Source: Octopus bimaculoides (lineage: Eukaryota). From it: DNA of 64,000 nt. Both the position numbers and the translations under genes were made by a program. How positions within the stretch are numbered: position 1 is the first letter of the stretch; each line of letters begins with the position of its first letter. Below, in pieces: positions 40,577 to 52,687 of this stretch. Location: contig NC_068984.1 in NCBI RefSeq assembly GCF_001194135.2, positions 57,493,789 to 57,557,788 of the forward strand. Direction: 5' to 3'. Under the pieces are notes generated by a model that made no database searches, was not told where the DNA came from, and saw only the letters and a program-made list of their open reading frames with translations.

Positions 40577-40657
40577 TGGATCACCTTCTACCAAAGCAAT
40601 ATCATTAACAATTGTTCCATGCACAACATCTTCCCATGGAGTTTGATTGAGTTTTAA
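40577..40657 (-). CDS. EARS2: EARS2 exon 6
   Basis: tatag|TTA...CCA|gtatgt, 81 nt: LKLNQTPWEDVVHGTIVNDIALVEGDP. Confidence 0.92.
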
Positions 40658-40927
40658 CTATATAAAATGAAAATATAAACATGAGGAACACAAAATTCTC
40701 ACAACAGAAAAGATACACAAAATTAAATAGTCAACTAGTTAAGCCCCCACTACCTTGCAATCAACATTCAGCCATCTCCTTCTATTCATTGTAGTATGCT
40801 GCTATTTAAAGTTGGTAATCGCTCTCCTTCCACCACTCTCTCACATACTCTTTCCCCCCTGCACCCACCCATCCTGTCTCTTCTGTCATCAATCTCTGCC
40901 AATCAACTTCTCAGTATATGCCTAGAG

Positions 40928-41202
40928 CAATGTTTCCCAACCTATTTTCTCCTGGCACCCACTATAACTTTCCAGAAAAATGTATGCCCCACTGGTGGTT
41001 GGGAAAAAAATAACATTTTTAATATTTTATAATTATTTAATAGAAAAGAATCTACTGGTAACTTTTTTTTATTAAGTACTGAGTACAAAAGAAGGATATT
41101 GACAAAAAAAAAGTGAATCATTTTAATGAAAACACTGCGCCTGGAAACTATGGCACCATGCCCCACCACAATTTCCCCAGGCCCCCACATTGGGAATTAC
41201 TG
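40928..41202. mobile_element. hAT (Charlie-like) MITE
   Basis: Imperfect TIRs CAATGTTTCCCAA / TTGGGAATTACTG; 8-bp TSD GCCTAGAG (40920-40927) and GGCTAGAG (41203-41210), 7/8 identical, with the CTAGA core typical of Charlie targets. Confidence 0.8.
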
Positions 41203-41878
41203 GGCTAGAGTGAATGTGCACTACATACAGCAGTGAGGACTTTCAAGTTTAGACAGTACAAAGCAACCTCACTAGTGTTGGTCCCATAATAAAATACACT
41301 TTGTAAAGTGGTTGGTGATATGGATATTCATTGGTAGAAAACCAGCCAAAAGTAACTCAATGCAAGCATGATGTGATCTTCTAATCAATTTAGGAAAACA
41401 GTAATTCTAAAGAAGAACTAAGTTGGATCATAACTACTCATCCAACCCATGCTAGCATGAAAAGTGGGCACATGTTGGATAATGATGATTGTTTACAATA
41501 GATTTTTTAAAACGGATTTTTGATTTGGAAAAATAAAACAAAATTGAATAATCTTGTCCCATCATTCTATGACTTAATAGTGCTTCTAATTAAATTTTAT
41601 GAAAAATTATAAAAGCTGAACCGATTGATGAAAATATAACAACTTTAAATTAAACTGTTTAAGGCCATCACTTAAGCTTTATTTAATTTATAATGATAAA
41701 TGATGTTCTGATGGAAGACACCCAGAAAGTTCCATACAACAACCAAATATCAGTAGAATTAAATAAACAAAGAAGAACCATATGGCATATAAGATGCACT
41801 TTTTAACAAAAATAATGTCTAAAAAAAAAAAAAATCACTCTAAGTCCTATATGTGAAATTAAACCTATATTGCATGCT

Positions 41879-42090
41879 TTAACCATTTTGCATTCAGATT
41901 ACTTTGTCAAATATGATGCTTTTTTTATTCACATTGTTTTGAGTTAATCATGCCTTAGCTCATAGTTTCAAGATTTTGATGATCTTAGTTTAGTCTTAGA
42001 ATGATATTGGAGGGTAGATGTGAAAGGCCAGCTTTGGCCAGTTTGAACATATTTGAGCTAGATATGGCCAGTTTAAATGCTAAAAGTTAA
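41879..42090. mobile_element. TTAA-flanked MITE, same superfamily as 60-288
   Basis: TTAACCATTTTGCATT ... AATGCTAAAAGTTAA termini. Confidence 0.6.
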
Positions 42091-42311
42091 TGCACTAAAA
42101 ACTTTCTTTTCTAAATAAACACTGCTGAAAATGGGGTGCATCTCTTATGCCATATACCATCAAATATGGTAATTACAGATTAACATATCCAACAAATAAA
42201 CAAGCTTTAACTGTACATAGATATATAAAAATAGTTTCAAAATTAACAGAATTACATAAGAAATTTTCAAGGTACATTTTTTAATATCTGTATGTAATAA
42301 CTTTTACTCAC

Positions 42312-42482
42312 TTTGAAACGTATGACATATGGAATATTATCTTTCATTTTAGCATCAATTTCTTTCTGTGTTAAGTGTCGGCATTTGTTATCATACTTTG
42401 GAGTTTCTCCTCTGCTCAGGGCTGCTCTTCTTAGCAGTTCTATTCGCTTATTTGAACAAAAGCATCGATAAGCACTTCCATT
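42312..42482 (-). CDS. EARS2: EARS2 exon 5 (Zn-binding insertion)
   Basis: atag|AAT...AAA|gtgagt, 171 nt: NGSAYRCFCSNKRIELLRRAALSRGETPKYDNKCRHLTQKEIDAKMKDNIPYVIRFK. Confidence 0.96.
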
Positions 42483-42575
42483 CTATAAAAATACAGATTT
42501 TTTTCTTTTTAAACTGAGTAATTTTATACATACACATACATAATGTGTATATATGTATGTGTATACAACATGCAA

Positions 42576-42650
<75 letters not shown>

Positions 42651-43304
42651 GCCTGGTATAAATGCCCTGGTAGTCAGGCTATACCCAACACAACCAATCA
42701 GTGTGTGACAAAGTGCAGATCATGAATCAAGACCAGACTGAAGTTTAAACCTATAAGCTGCTATAAAGCATTTGATATGAAACTTCCAGGCCATCAGTTG
42801 TTCCCACAGAACTTATTGGAGCTACTGAACAACAAGATGGATCTCCAGCTCTCAATGATGAGGGATGAGGATTCAGTGGTTCAATCAACTGACATATGTG
42901 CTCATTGAATTAATGTGTTAAGCACTCCACAGATACATGTATTCTTATTGTAATTCTCAAACACAGTCAGTGTGACGGTATGCAATAAGGTTATACCTTT
43001 GAATTACAGGTTATAATCCATCCATGGCTACAGAAAATAATACTTATCCAAGATGCCACACAGTAGAATCAAAGCTAGAATTCATAGTTGTTAAGTAAAC
43101 TTCTTAACCATATAGTGCCTACATTGAACAACACCACAAAACTAAGTTCAATTTTGTTTCTTTATGATTTATTTAAGCATATAGAGGATTTTCATTTAAA
43201 AGCAATATTTTATTTTCAGATTTTTATCACACAGCTTTTACACTCTTTTTTTGCACGTTTTGAAAACAGAATTGAATCATTGAATTATAAATAAAAAACT
43301 TTAC

Positions 43305-43352
43305 CTCCAAGAGAATTTGTATCTTTTCCCGGTAAATATGACATCTTTCAGA
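43305..43352 (-). CDS. EARS2: EARS2 exon 4
   Basis: tgcag|TCT...GAG|gtaaag, 48 nt: SERCHIYREKIQILLE (QSER..IY motif). Confidence 0.92.
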
Positions 43353-43850
43353 CTGCAAATATAATAAACAAAATCTAAAATTTTTAAAAACATCCATTGA
43401 TTTTTTGTTTATCATTATCATTAGTGGAGCAACTTTGAAAATAAGGATAGATGTATTGTTGAAGCAAATGGATTCCTTGTTTGCCACAACTCCTGCTTTC
43501 TATTTTCAGCTTAGTATATTTCTACTCAGTCAACATTTATGTGCTTCAATAACACATATATAAAAAAAAGGCACATAGGCACATAAGCGAGAGAGGACAC
43601 TTTGCTGGGAACAAAGCAACTTCTCTAATGCTGGTGCCATGAGAAAATGCATTCAGTACTCTGTGTAAAATGGCTGGCAATAGAACGTCCAGCAGTAAAA
43701 ATCATACCGAATATGGAATATATGAATGAGACATGATCCTTGATCCAAAAGTAACTCTGAATAAGAACTAACTCAAACTGTGACAACCCATCCAACCACT
43801 TATAGCAAGGAAAAGTGAACTTACAATGATGATGATGATGAACATTAAAA

Positions 43851-44228
43851 CTAGCGACGGCAGGCGAGAAAAAAAATCTTGCAGAGAAGTGGAGCATCTG
43901 TTGACTCTCTGCTCAGATTTCGCAAATGCCGCAGAAATTCTGTGGGGGTCCTGTCACCGAGCTGCTCGTCTGCCATCAGCTCATTGAATCGGCTGGCGGC
44001 AGACCTGGTGGTCCGGTGTAGGATCTCGTTCTTCACCTCGTCATATGTGGCGTCGTCTTTGGGAGATGTAATTAGGTCTCTAGCCGCTTTTGCAAGCGAT
44101 GGAGGCAGATTGCAATAAAGCAACTTTAATCTCTTGGACGGCGAGATGTCGTAGATCTGGAAATAGGCCTCCAATTGAGCGAAATAGACATCAGTATCAC
44201 CGATGAATGTGGGTAAACCATGCGACAT
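43851..44228 (-). mobile_element. Ty3/gypsy gag-like ORF fragment (DUF7041-like capsid N-terminal region)
   Basis: MSHGLPTFIGDTDVYFAQLEAYF..ISPSKRLKLLYCNLPPSLAKAARDLITSPKDDATYDEVKNEILHRTTRSAASRFNELMADEQLGDRTPTEFLRHLRNL matches the WFAQ.EA.F / LP..A...RDL...P....Y..LK / E.LGDR.PS.LLR pattern; the frame is lost at a T8 run. Confidence 0.85.
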
Positions 44229-44502
44229 GTCTACTGGGATGACTCCGTCAAGGTAGGAAAAGGGAATGGAGAGAAACAATGAAAAACGAAGTCATATGAA
44301 ATATACAAGAGGCCAAAGAGAAAATTCACCGCTAAAAGAAGACACAATATTTTTCGTGTTCTTGTTTTGTGTTTTTGTAAGTTACAGTGTGCACAAAAGA
44401 GACAGAAAAGAAAATAAAGCTGTACAAAAAATTTTGTTTTGTTTGTGTTTTTTTTTTCTTCGCGAGGGTTGTTTCTTTGTACTGTCTGTAGAAAAAAAAA
44501 TA

Positions 44503-44674
44503 TTGGGCATAACTACAGGGTTTTACCCACCAGATTTTGGGAGGTCATAACTTTCAGAAAAATGAATATTTTTTAATGAAATTTTCTATGCATATAGTAG
44601 GGTAAAACCCTGTAGTTATGCCAAATAGACCTCCCAAAGTCTGGGGGGTAAAACCCTGTAGTTATGCCAAATAG
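44503..44674. repeat. 43-44 bp inverted repeat plus nested 29-bp direct repeat
   Basis: 44503-44546 is complementary to 44628-44670; GGGTAAAACCCTGTAGTTATGCCAAATAG occurs identically at 44600-44628 and 44646-44674. Confidence 0.9.
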
Positions 44675-44765
44675 GCATTGTTGACCAACCTTACATCGTT
44701 GCTGCAAGGAAAAAAAAACAATACAGGCAAAAAAAATGTTATTATTTTTTTTGTTATATATATGT

Positions 44766-45415
44766 NNNNNNNNNNNNNNNNNNNNNNNNNNNNNNNNNNN
44801 NNNNNNNNNNNNNNNNNNNNNNNNNNNNNNNNNNNNNNNNNNNNNNNNNNNNNNNNNNNNNNNNNNNNNNNNNNNNNNNNNNNNNNNNNNNNNNNNNNNN
44901 NNNNNNNNNNNNNNNNNNNNNNNNNNNNNNNNNNNNNNNNNNNNNNNNNNNNNNNNNNNNNNNNNNNNNNNNNNNNNNNNNNNNNNNNNNNNNNNNNNNN
45001 NNNNNNNNNNNNNNNNNNNNNNNNNNNNNNNNNNNNNNNNNNNNNNNNNNNNNNNNNNNNNNNNNNNNNNNNNNNNNNNNNNNNNNNNNNNNNNNNNNNN
45101 NNNNNNNNNNNNNNNNNNNNNNNNNNNNNNNNNNNNNNNNNNNNNNNNNNNNNNNNNNNNNNNNNNNNNNNNNNNNNNNNNNNNNNNNNNNNNNNNNNNN
45201 NNNNNNNNNNNNNNNNNNNNNNNNNNNNNNNNNNNNNNNNNNNNNNNNNNNNNNNNNNNNNNNNNNNNNNNNNNNNNNNNNNNNNNNNNNNNNNNNNNNN
45301 NNNNNNNNNNNNNNNNNNNNNNNNNNNNNNNNNNNNNNNNNNNNNNNNNNNNNNNNNNNNNNNNNNNNNNNNNNNNNNNNNNNNNNNNNNNNNNNNNNNN
45401 NNNNNNNNNNNNNNN
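44766..45415. other. Assembly gap
   Basis: N run. Confidence 0.99.
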
Positions 45416-45682
45416 TAGGGTTAACAGTCTAGTTAGGGTTAGGGGATTAATACGATATACACTGTTACAGCGCTAACTGTTTTCAACTGAATAGACGTCA
45501 GTGATTAGTAGAAATTATCGAAATAAGACAATTTTTTACATGAAATAAATTCGAATACAAAAATTTTTTTCTGTTCTATAACACAAAATAGATAAGTATA
45601 CGAAGTTTCAAAGTCTTTCGGTACCAAAAACACTACATAAAACATAAATGAAAACTGGTGCCCCCGTTTTGAAATAGATCCC
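45416..45682. mobile_element. MITE related to 28633-28854, carrying TTAGGG-like repeats
   Basis: Shares GACGTCAGTGATT...GACAATTTTTTACATGAAA...GGTACCAAAAAC.CTACATAAAACATAAATGAAAA.TGGTGCCC with the 28.7-kb copy; TAGGGTTAA..TTAGGGTTAGGGG at 45416-45447. Confidence 0.7.
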
Positions 45683-45702
45683 AATAATTTATTCCTGGTT
45701 GG

Positions 45703-45956
45703 TGTAGAGCCGTTTCATTCCGGGGTGAAACCGGCATGCCGCTATAATACCAAAGGAAGCTTCGACCACATGTCGGTGGAGAGCTGAGAGATACGTGTTG
45801 ACACGACGCCTGCTGGATGAATAAGAGAAGGAACGCTATAGCTTTTTTCTCCACCTGTTGCATTGTGCATGCGTGCTCGGGTACTACCGCTGGCGGCAAA
45901 TCCCTTGCACATGAGCAATGGCACTTCCCAAGATGGCGGCCACACGCGCCACTACA
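45703..45956. mobile_element. Possible solo LTR (254 bp, TGTAG...CTACA)
   Basis: 5-bp inverted TG..CA termini around a GC/CpG-rich interior in AT-rich flanks; no TSD, PBS or PPT found. Confidence 0.35.
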
Positions 45957-47539
45957 AACTATAAGCTTTGGGATTACCATAGCAATATAACTTTTTAACG
46001 ATATATTTTTCACAAAACTTATCTTGAATTTCAGTGGAATGACCCAGGGTTGATGTTTTCAGCCACCATGTATCTTTCTGAGCATTAGTCAGTTAGTTCC
46101 CATATCAGCACCCAGGTTTGTATATGTATATTTTATGCGTATTAATATCGATGTAACTTTTATTATATAGCTAACAAGATTATGAAACAGCTGTAAACGA
46201 ATGGAATAAAAATCTACCCTCTCACTCACTCACTCTCTCTATATATATATATATTTAGATAATATAGATATAAAAATAATTATGAACCTGGAACCCAGAC
46301 CATGGAACTGGATGTGTGATGCGCACGTCATCGTGCATATTTTCGTTGATAAATAATGACGATGAAGCGAAGGAATAGATAGTAAGGGAAGTAATTCTTT
46401 CTAAATATTTAGAAAAGTTGTTTCCCTTGCACCATACACTAATTTATGCATAATCTTAGTATTAGATATTGGGTTTAATTAGAGAAATTAATATCTAATT
46501 TGTAAACTTCCAATTTATATTAAAGAATAAAACTTCAGTGTTAAAGAGTGAACAAATCTTGGATAGAATAAAAGAAAACCTTTTTAAAAATATACTAGTG
46601 ATAAAAATATGTACATTTAGAATTTATATCTCCTCACAGATCAACAAATGTTGTTGTGGCTGTCTACAAAAGTTTCCATCATATTTGAAATATGAGGATA
46701 AAAGAACGGTAATTGATATAATCAGAGAGGTTATTCATTACTCGTTACTTCATAACGATAGAGGCTGAAAACTTGGGTAACGACAATGAGTACTACAGTA
46801 GAGTCCGAAAGTAATCAAAGTGACTCTACTGAGACTGCTCATCGTTTTGAGTTGGAGCAACCAGGTAAGCTTTTGTTATTTGGCAACAGCCAACTTAATC
46901 AGGAAGTAGATATAATAGAGAAGAATATAGTTTGGGATGATTTTTTTAAGGTGTGAGAACTGTGTTGTGTATCAAGCAGCATATGTCTTTATTAGCAGCA
47001 TCATCTTAACTGAGGTGTGACAGAGACTGCTTTGTGATAGGACATAGCTGCAGTTTAGGATATATGAGAACTTGCAGGGTGTGTGATGCATAAAGTCATT
47101 CTCTGCTTAACTGTGTAATGTCTGTAGAGTAACATTTGCAGGTGAATGATATTAATCAATTGCTTAGTTGACTCAGATTGATCAGAGGAGAAGTACATTT
47201 GCTGCTGAGAATAGTCAGCATAGAACTGTGGAACTGCAGTAACTTTGCTGGCTAGAAGTACCAGAGGATTCAGGGAGCAAGATTTGTTGTGTACTAGGGT
47301 GATGTGAAGAGGGTTGCTTTGATCAATGATCAAGGATTTAATAGAAGCAAAAATGGTGATGGTTAGGTAAAACCTAGGAACTTGAGATGAGAAAAGGTCA
47401 AGGTTGTATGCAGTAGCTGTATAAGTAAATTAAAATGGTTAAATAATAAAATTGAAAAGAAGCTCAGCCTTAGAATAATAGGTACTATAAATAAAAAAAA
47501 TATTAAGTAGCAAGTTAAGTTTAAGACAAAAAATATTAC

Positions 47540-47577
47540 CTGAATATAAGGGCCATACTTTCCTCCAGCTCTAGGCC
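47540..47577 (-). CDS. EARS2: EARS2 exon 3
   Basis: ttcag|GG CCT...CAG|gtaata, 38 nt: GPRAGGKYGPYIQ. Confidence 0.93.
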
Positions 47578-47719
47578 CTGAAATTCATAAAATTTAAATA
47601 TTAAGTTAATAAAAGCTGATCAGTTTAAAATTTCATTCACCATTTTGTACACGGAATAAAAGTTAAATTATTTACCATCAGTTTTGTGATGTCCCATAAA
47701 ACATTTCTATTAAACCATT

Positions 47720-48110
47720 ACTATTTATTTTGTTGCTGAGTCTAAACTATTGTAGGTCAACATCTACAGGAAAGACATGAGTAAGGTGAAGATTCCAGAA
47801 GATTAACGTTCTAAAGAAAAATGGGCTGGGAATAGTGGTTAGTGCAAGGCTGGTTGTGTTGGATGTAACAAGGATGGCAAGGGACAGAGGTAGATGACTG
47901 ATAGAGATACAAGATCGGCAAATTCTGAGGGGCAGAGATCATTACAGTAGTAAAAGAAGAGGGGAAACGTCATGCTTTAGGACTAGAGGTTGAAGTATGT
48001 CCATTACTGACTGAATACCAGTCAAATGGCCCTCCTGTGCATAGCAGCACAGTATTTATATGGGCCTTACTTGAAAAGTGTGAGCAGCCGTTGGGGCTGA
48101 AATTTAAAAT
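47720..48110 (-). mobile_element. Decayed CR1-group LINE 3' end
   Basis: Minus-strand FQPQRLLTLFK..FYYCNDLCPSEFADLV..TNHYSQPIFFRTLIFWNL..HVFP resembles the ORF2 C-terminus also seen at 48590-48975 and 57100-57415. Confidence 0.6.
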
Positions 48111-48163
48111 ATATTCATTCAAACTGTAAATATCTACACATTTTTAATTAATTGATAGCTCAC

Positions 48164-48236
48164 CTTCATCTTGCATTATTCCTGCCCATTCTAAAATGTC
48201 CTGCAGTTTTTCCAATGCTCCAGGTACCAATCGAGT
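48164..48236 (-). CDS. EARS2: EARS2 exon 2
   Basis: tacag|ACT...G|gtgagc, 73 nt: TRLVPGALEKLQDILEWAGIMQDE. Confidence 0.95.
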
Positions 48237-48589
48237 CTGTAAAGCCAATACAAATACAAATTATTGAGGATTTCATTCAAATAAGGGTAAATTAACTTAA
48301 CAATAGAATAAACATTTATTTTTACAGGCCTTCATTCATTTCACAGAGCCATCATAGATTGGCTGGTTTTAAGCAATACAGGCTAAGTGAGACAATCATG
48401 GCCAAATCAATTTTTGACAGCCAAGTTCATTGTTGTAAGTAGCAACAGTACTCTCTCTTCTAGTAAGTGGTCACTGCTTTGTATATATCTTGCAGGAGAC
48501 ACCTAATGAGACAGTAGTACTGACAATTTGTCTTCTTCCTTCCAGTAGTTCTTGCAACCGACTGAGGTTACTTTGATTCGTGTTCTTGA

Positions 48590-48975
48590 ACAGATCTAAG
48601 TCAATGGCTGGAGGGAAAATATGAGGTGAAATGAAATTCCAGAAGACTTGAACATAGTGCCTAATGTAGGGTCAAGGGGTAGATGACAAGAGGAGGAGGT
48701 GAGTAAAGATTACTTGTGTGAAAGTAGCAGGAGACCAGCCTACTCCAAAGAACAGAGCCACTGTAGAACTGATAGTAGAAACAGAGAAAAGGGGTAATAC
48801 ATCTGTGGGCCAAAGGTAAGAATACATTGGCAAATGATTTATACAAATGTCAGATAACTGGGTTTTTTTCCTTTTTATGCAATATAGAATATCTGCCTGC
48901 ATAGAAGCAGCAATGTCCAAGATATGGGTGCAGTATTGAGTCTCAACTGAGTTTTGTTGGAGACGACGCATTTTG
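48590..48975 (-). mobile_element. Decayed CR1-group LINE 3' end
   Basis: QYCTHILDIAASMQADILYCIKRK, then frameshifted PLAHRCITPFLCFYYQFYSG (cf. EYCSHIW..LDR.Q.RA..PL.HRR....LFYRYY.G). Confidence 0.65.
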
Positions 48976-49672
48976 TATCTTGATTATGCTGAAGATGTAT
49001 GTTCAACGAAAAGAGCTCCTCAGTTGCAGTGAGGTTCAGAACCTATCGAGAGAACCTGTGCTGGTGCAGCTAAAAACAAGCACTAAACTTCCCTCAAATT
49101 ACATCCTACCATCTTAGAAAGAGAAGGGCATACTATAGAATATAGTCCTAGACATATGAAAAAGAAAGCTTCAAGATTACAAGGCATGCAGACAGTGACT
49201 AGACAAAAGGGAAAAAGAAACATACTCAGAGTACTACACATCACATTAAATAAACCATTTCATGCTAGACTATAGATTTTCGTTCTCCACCAAACAGAAG
49301 CCAGAGGAAAATTACTAAAAGACATCAGCTTCATCGTTGGATACATCAGAAAAACTAAACTAAATCGGTATGATAGATGAATAAAAGATAAAGATGTCTA
49401 AACCTTACTTTTAAGATGGAAAAAATGAACACGTAATCTTTATAATTTTTTTAATCTGTTTTGGTTATTAGACTGCGACCATGCTGGAGTACCGCTTTGA
49501 TGAACTTTTGGTCGAATGAATCGACCCCAGTACTTTTTTTAAGAGAAGAAACTAGAGAGAAGTATAGCAGGCTGAAAAATGTCAAAATATCTCGAGACAA
49601 TTGAAGGTAGCGAATGCCCGACTCATTCAGAATGAATACATATGAAACTGAAAATTTTCCATTATATAATTA

Positions 49673-50217
<545 letters not shown>

Positions 50218-50220
50218 ATG
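50218..50220 (+). CDS. DNAJC19: DNAJC19 exon carrying only the initiator ATG
   Basis: aaaatATG|gtgagt, a strong donor in phase 0 joining the ASNLILVG exon; same ATG-only first coding exon as I recall for vertebrate DNAJC19. Confidence 0.8.
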
Positions 50221-51197
50221 GTGAGTATTTGAAAAGTTAATTCATTTATTTAGTTCGAGTGAGAGGAGTATTTCATATGTAAAATTATGATTATCGAATA
50301 TTTTCTTCCGATTTCTAGTTACATATCAAGTTCCACAAATATTAATGAGAGAAAACGCTATTAAATAACATTCATTTACAAAGATATATATATATATATA
50401 TATGATTAGTTTAAAAGCCATGCGGTAAAACGTCGTGCTGAATATAAATTTCGAATAATGCAGCACCAAACTCGTGGATGAAGTTGAATTTGTTAGACTG
50501 TCAGTCATGTGGCGATGAAGCACAAGTGTTTAATTGTTTAAAATAGTAGAATCCGAGGAAACGATTAAGTTGCATAAATCATCATCAAATCTAGAAATTT
50601 AGTTCTTTATTTGAAGGTTTAAACATTTCACTATAGATGTAAATTATATGATTAAATATAAACTATTATCTGATCCATGTTTCCTGTCACTATTCCAGCT
50701 TGCGTAATAACAAAACCGATTGTCGTCATAATGATTGTTAGTGTTATTAACAACTTAATGTGCGTTTGTAGCTGTTCCAAAATTACCGTGAATCAATGGA
50801 AATGTCTCCTAATATCCAGTTTTTTCACGTTTCTGAAGGAAATTGGACACCAATCACCAGTGCAATATTACTGCAGTGTATTTATTTCAGTCCGATAGTT
50901 TTATGGATGCAGTTTATCTCCCATTAACTTTTACTTGAGTTGGAAATTGCCCTTATGCCTCATAAATCGACAGTTATATAATTGTAAATTATATTTTATC
51001 CGCTTAAAAAAATTTTTTTCGCATGCACGTATCTCTAAACGTGTGTTACCCACTGTTATTTGCAAATATAGGCATTTAAAAATTTTATTATATATTGCAA
51101 GTCTATTGTAGATTTATATTGAATAGGAAAAACCCCTACAGTATAATGAAGGTAAAGCTATAATAGACAGACTATTAATCGTTATAAAAAATACCTC

Positions 51198-51830
51198 CCT
51201 GCTCCCCATCAGCCCCAGGATTGAGGGGATATTAATCTGAGCGAGGGCCTGCTTAATGATTAGGTTTAGCTCAGTGTGACGAGTGAAGCGACCAGCATTT
51301 AGGCAGCAAGACAGACCGTGAAGGCCTGTGGGGTAGAGGTACCTACCACAGCGACATCTCAGTCCCCTGCAGACACATCAGCTCCCATTTCTGAGTCTGA
51401 TGCAGATGTGTTATTCATCTAGACTGAGTAGACCTCCAATGTTGGCCACAGGCAGGGCATCAATCCAGTCCCCTGAGAATTTTGCACTAGCTGAAAGGAG
51501 AGGTAGGAGGGCTCCCAGTAGGCTTGCCAAGCAAAGTGATAAAGTTGTGGGACATTCTCCCTTACTGCATGGAAGATGACATCCTGACTGATAGAATTAA
51601 AGGCATTCCTGATGTCTAGTTTGAGGTTGACCTTTGGGAACTTAGAGGGCAAGTTGGTGAAGCCCAAGTGACATGAGCAACAGCTTCAAAACCTAGCTTA
51701 GTACCCACTCCTAGCTGAATAGGGGAAAATTCAGTGAATGGGCAGTTAGAAACTGAAAACAGACACACTTTTGCTATGAGTCATCACCACTAACCATGAA
51801 GTTCTTGTCATCGTTGGCAGCTTACCTCAA
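51198..51830 (-). mobile_element. Internally deleted RLE-type (CRE-like) non-LTR retrotransposon fragment
   Basis: Minus strand: LIAKVCL..FSPIQLGVGTKLGFEAVAHV..KLDIRNAFNSISQDVIFHAVRENVPQLYHF (early RT motifs) joined within about 150 nt to GLHGLSCCLNAGRFTRHTELNLIIKQALAQINIPSIL (CCHC knuckle and RH..N preceding the RLE). Confidence 0.8.
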
Positions 51831-52097
51831 CAAGGTATTAGGTGAAGCCTGTGAGGGTGCGTTGCTTTTCCAACACCTTAGCCTTGTCATTGCCCATGGT
51901 AATGCTGCGAGCGTGCTGGCTTGCTTCAATAGGCTCCATTCACCCTTGTGGTGTGCGACCAATTGAAGCACTTGGTGTTACATTGATGTTTTCTTTTTTC
52001 CACCTTTTTTTACTTTGTCTTTCTTTTGTATACATTATGAACATTTTATAGCTTTCTCTCTATGATATTATTCATTGTTTTTATTCATACTTCACAG

Positions 52098-52149
52098 GCT
52101 AGTAACCTCATTCTTGTTGGAATTGGCTGTACTATCGTTGGATTTGCAG
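52098..52149 (+). CDS. DNAJC19: DNAJC19/TIM14 exon 2 (membrane anchor)
   Basis: cacag|GCT...G|gtaat, 52 nt: ASNLILVGIGCTIVGFA. Confidence 0.9.
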
Positions 52150-52687
52150 GTAATACTTTATATGTATATGTGTGTGGTGTAATTTCCAACACACAATCTT
52201 TAAGACAGCATGTTGACACTAGTATGTGTATGTGTATTGAAAAATAACTGCCTAAGAAAAGTTCTTAAGTCAGAAAAAAAAAGAGCACAATCAATTTAAA
52301 GTAATAGATTAGTATGATTTTAGTACAATTTTTTAAATCAAAAACCAGATGGCTAAGCATATTTATCAAATGATTCATGCAGAATCAGATTTCCCTAAGC
52401 AAAAGGCATGCTCAAACAATCATCAGACATAATTGGAAATGTATAGCCGGGTTTTTTTTTGCTGAAGGCCAAGGGTGAAAACAAACTACTTGGCTTTCTG
52501 TAAAACCGAGGAAATTATGATCATGCCCCCACCTCCAATAAATATGTTCGTGAAGGCTTCCAAAGTTATGTCCCTTGGTCTGTGGTACAAAGCTATATTG
52601 TAAACTGAGGGGGTGCATGTAGGAGTATAATGTGTGAGAGTGGGGAAACAGGAATAAAAATATCTGTTAGTACCACAGACTTTCATT

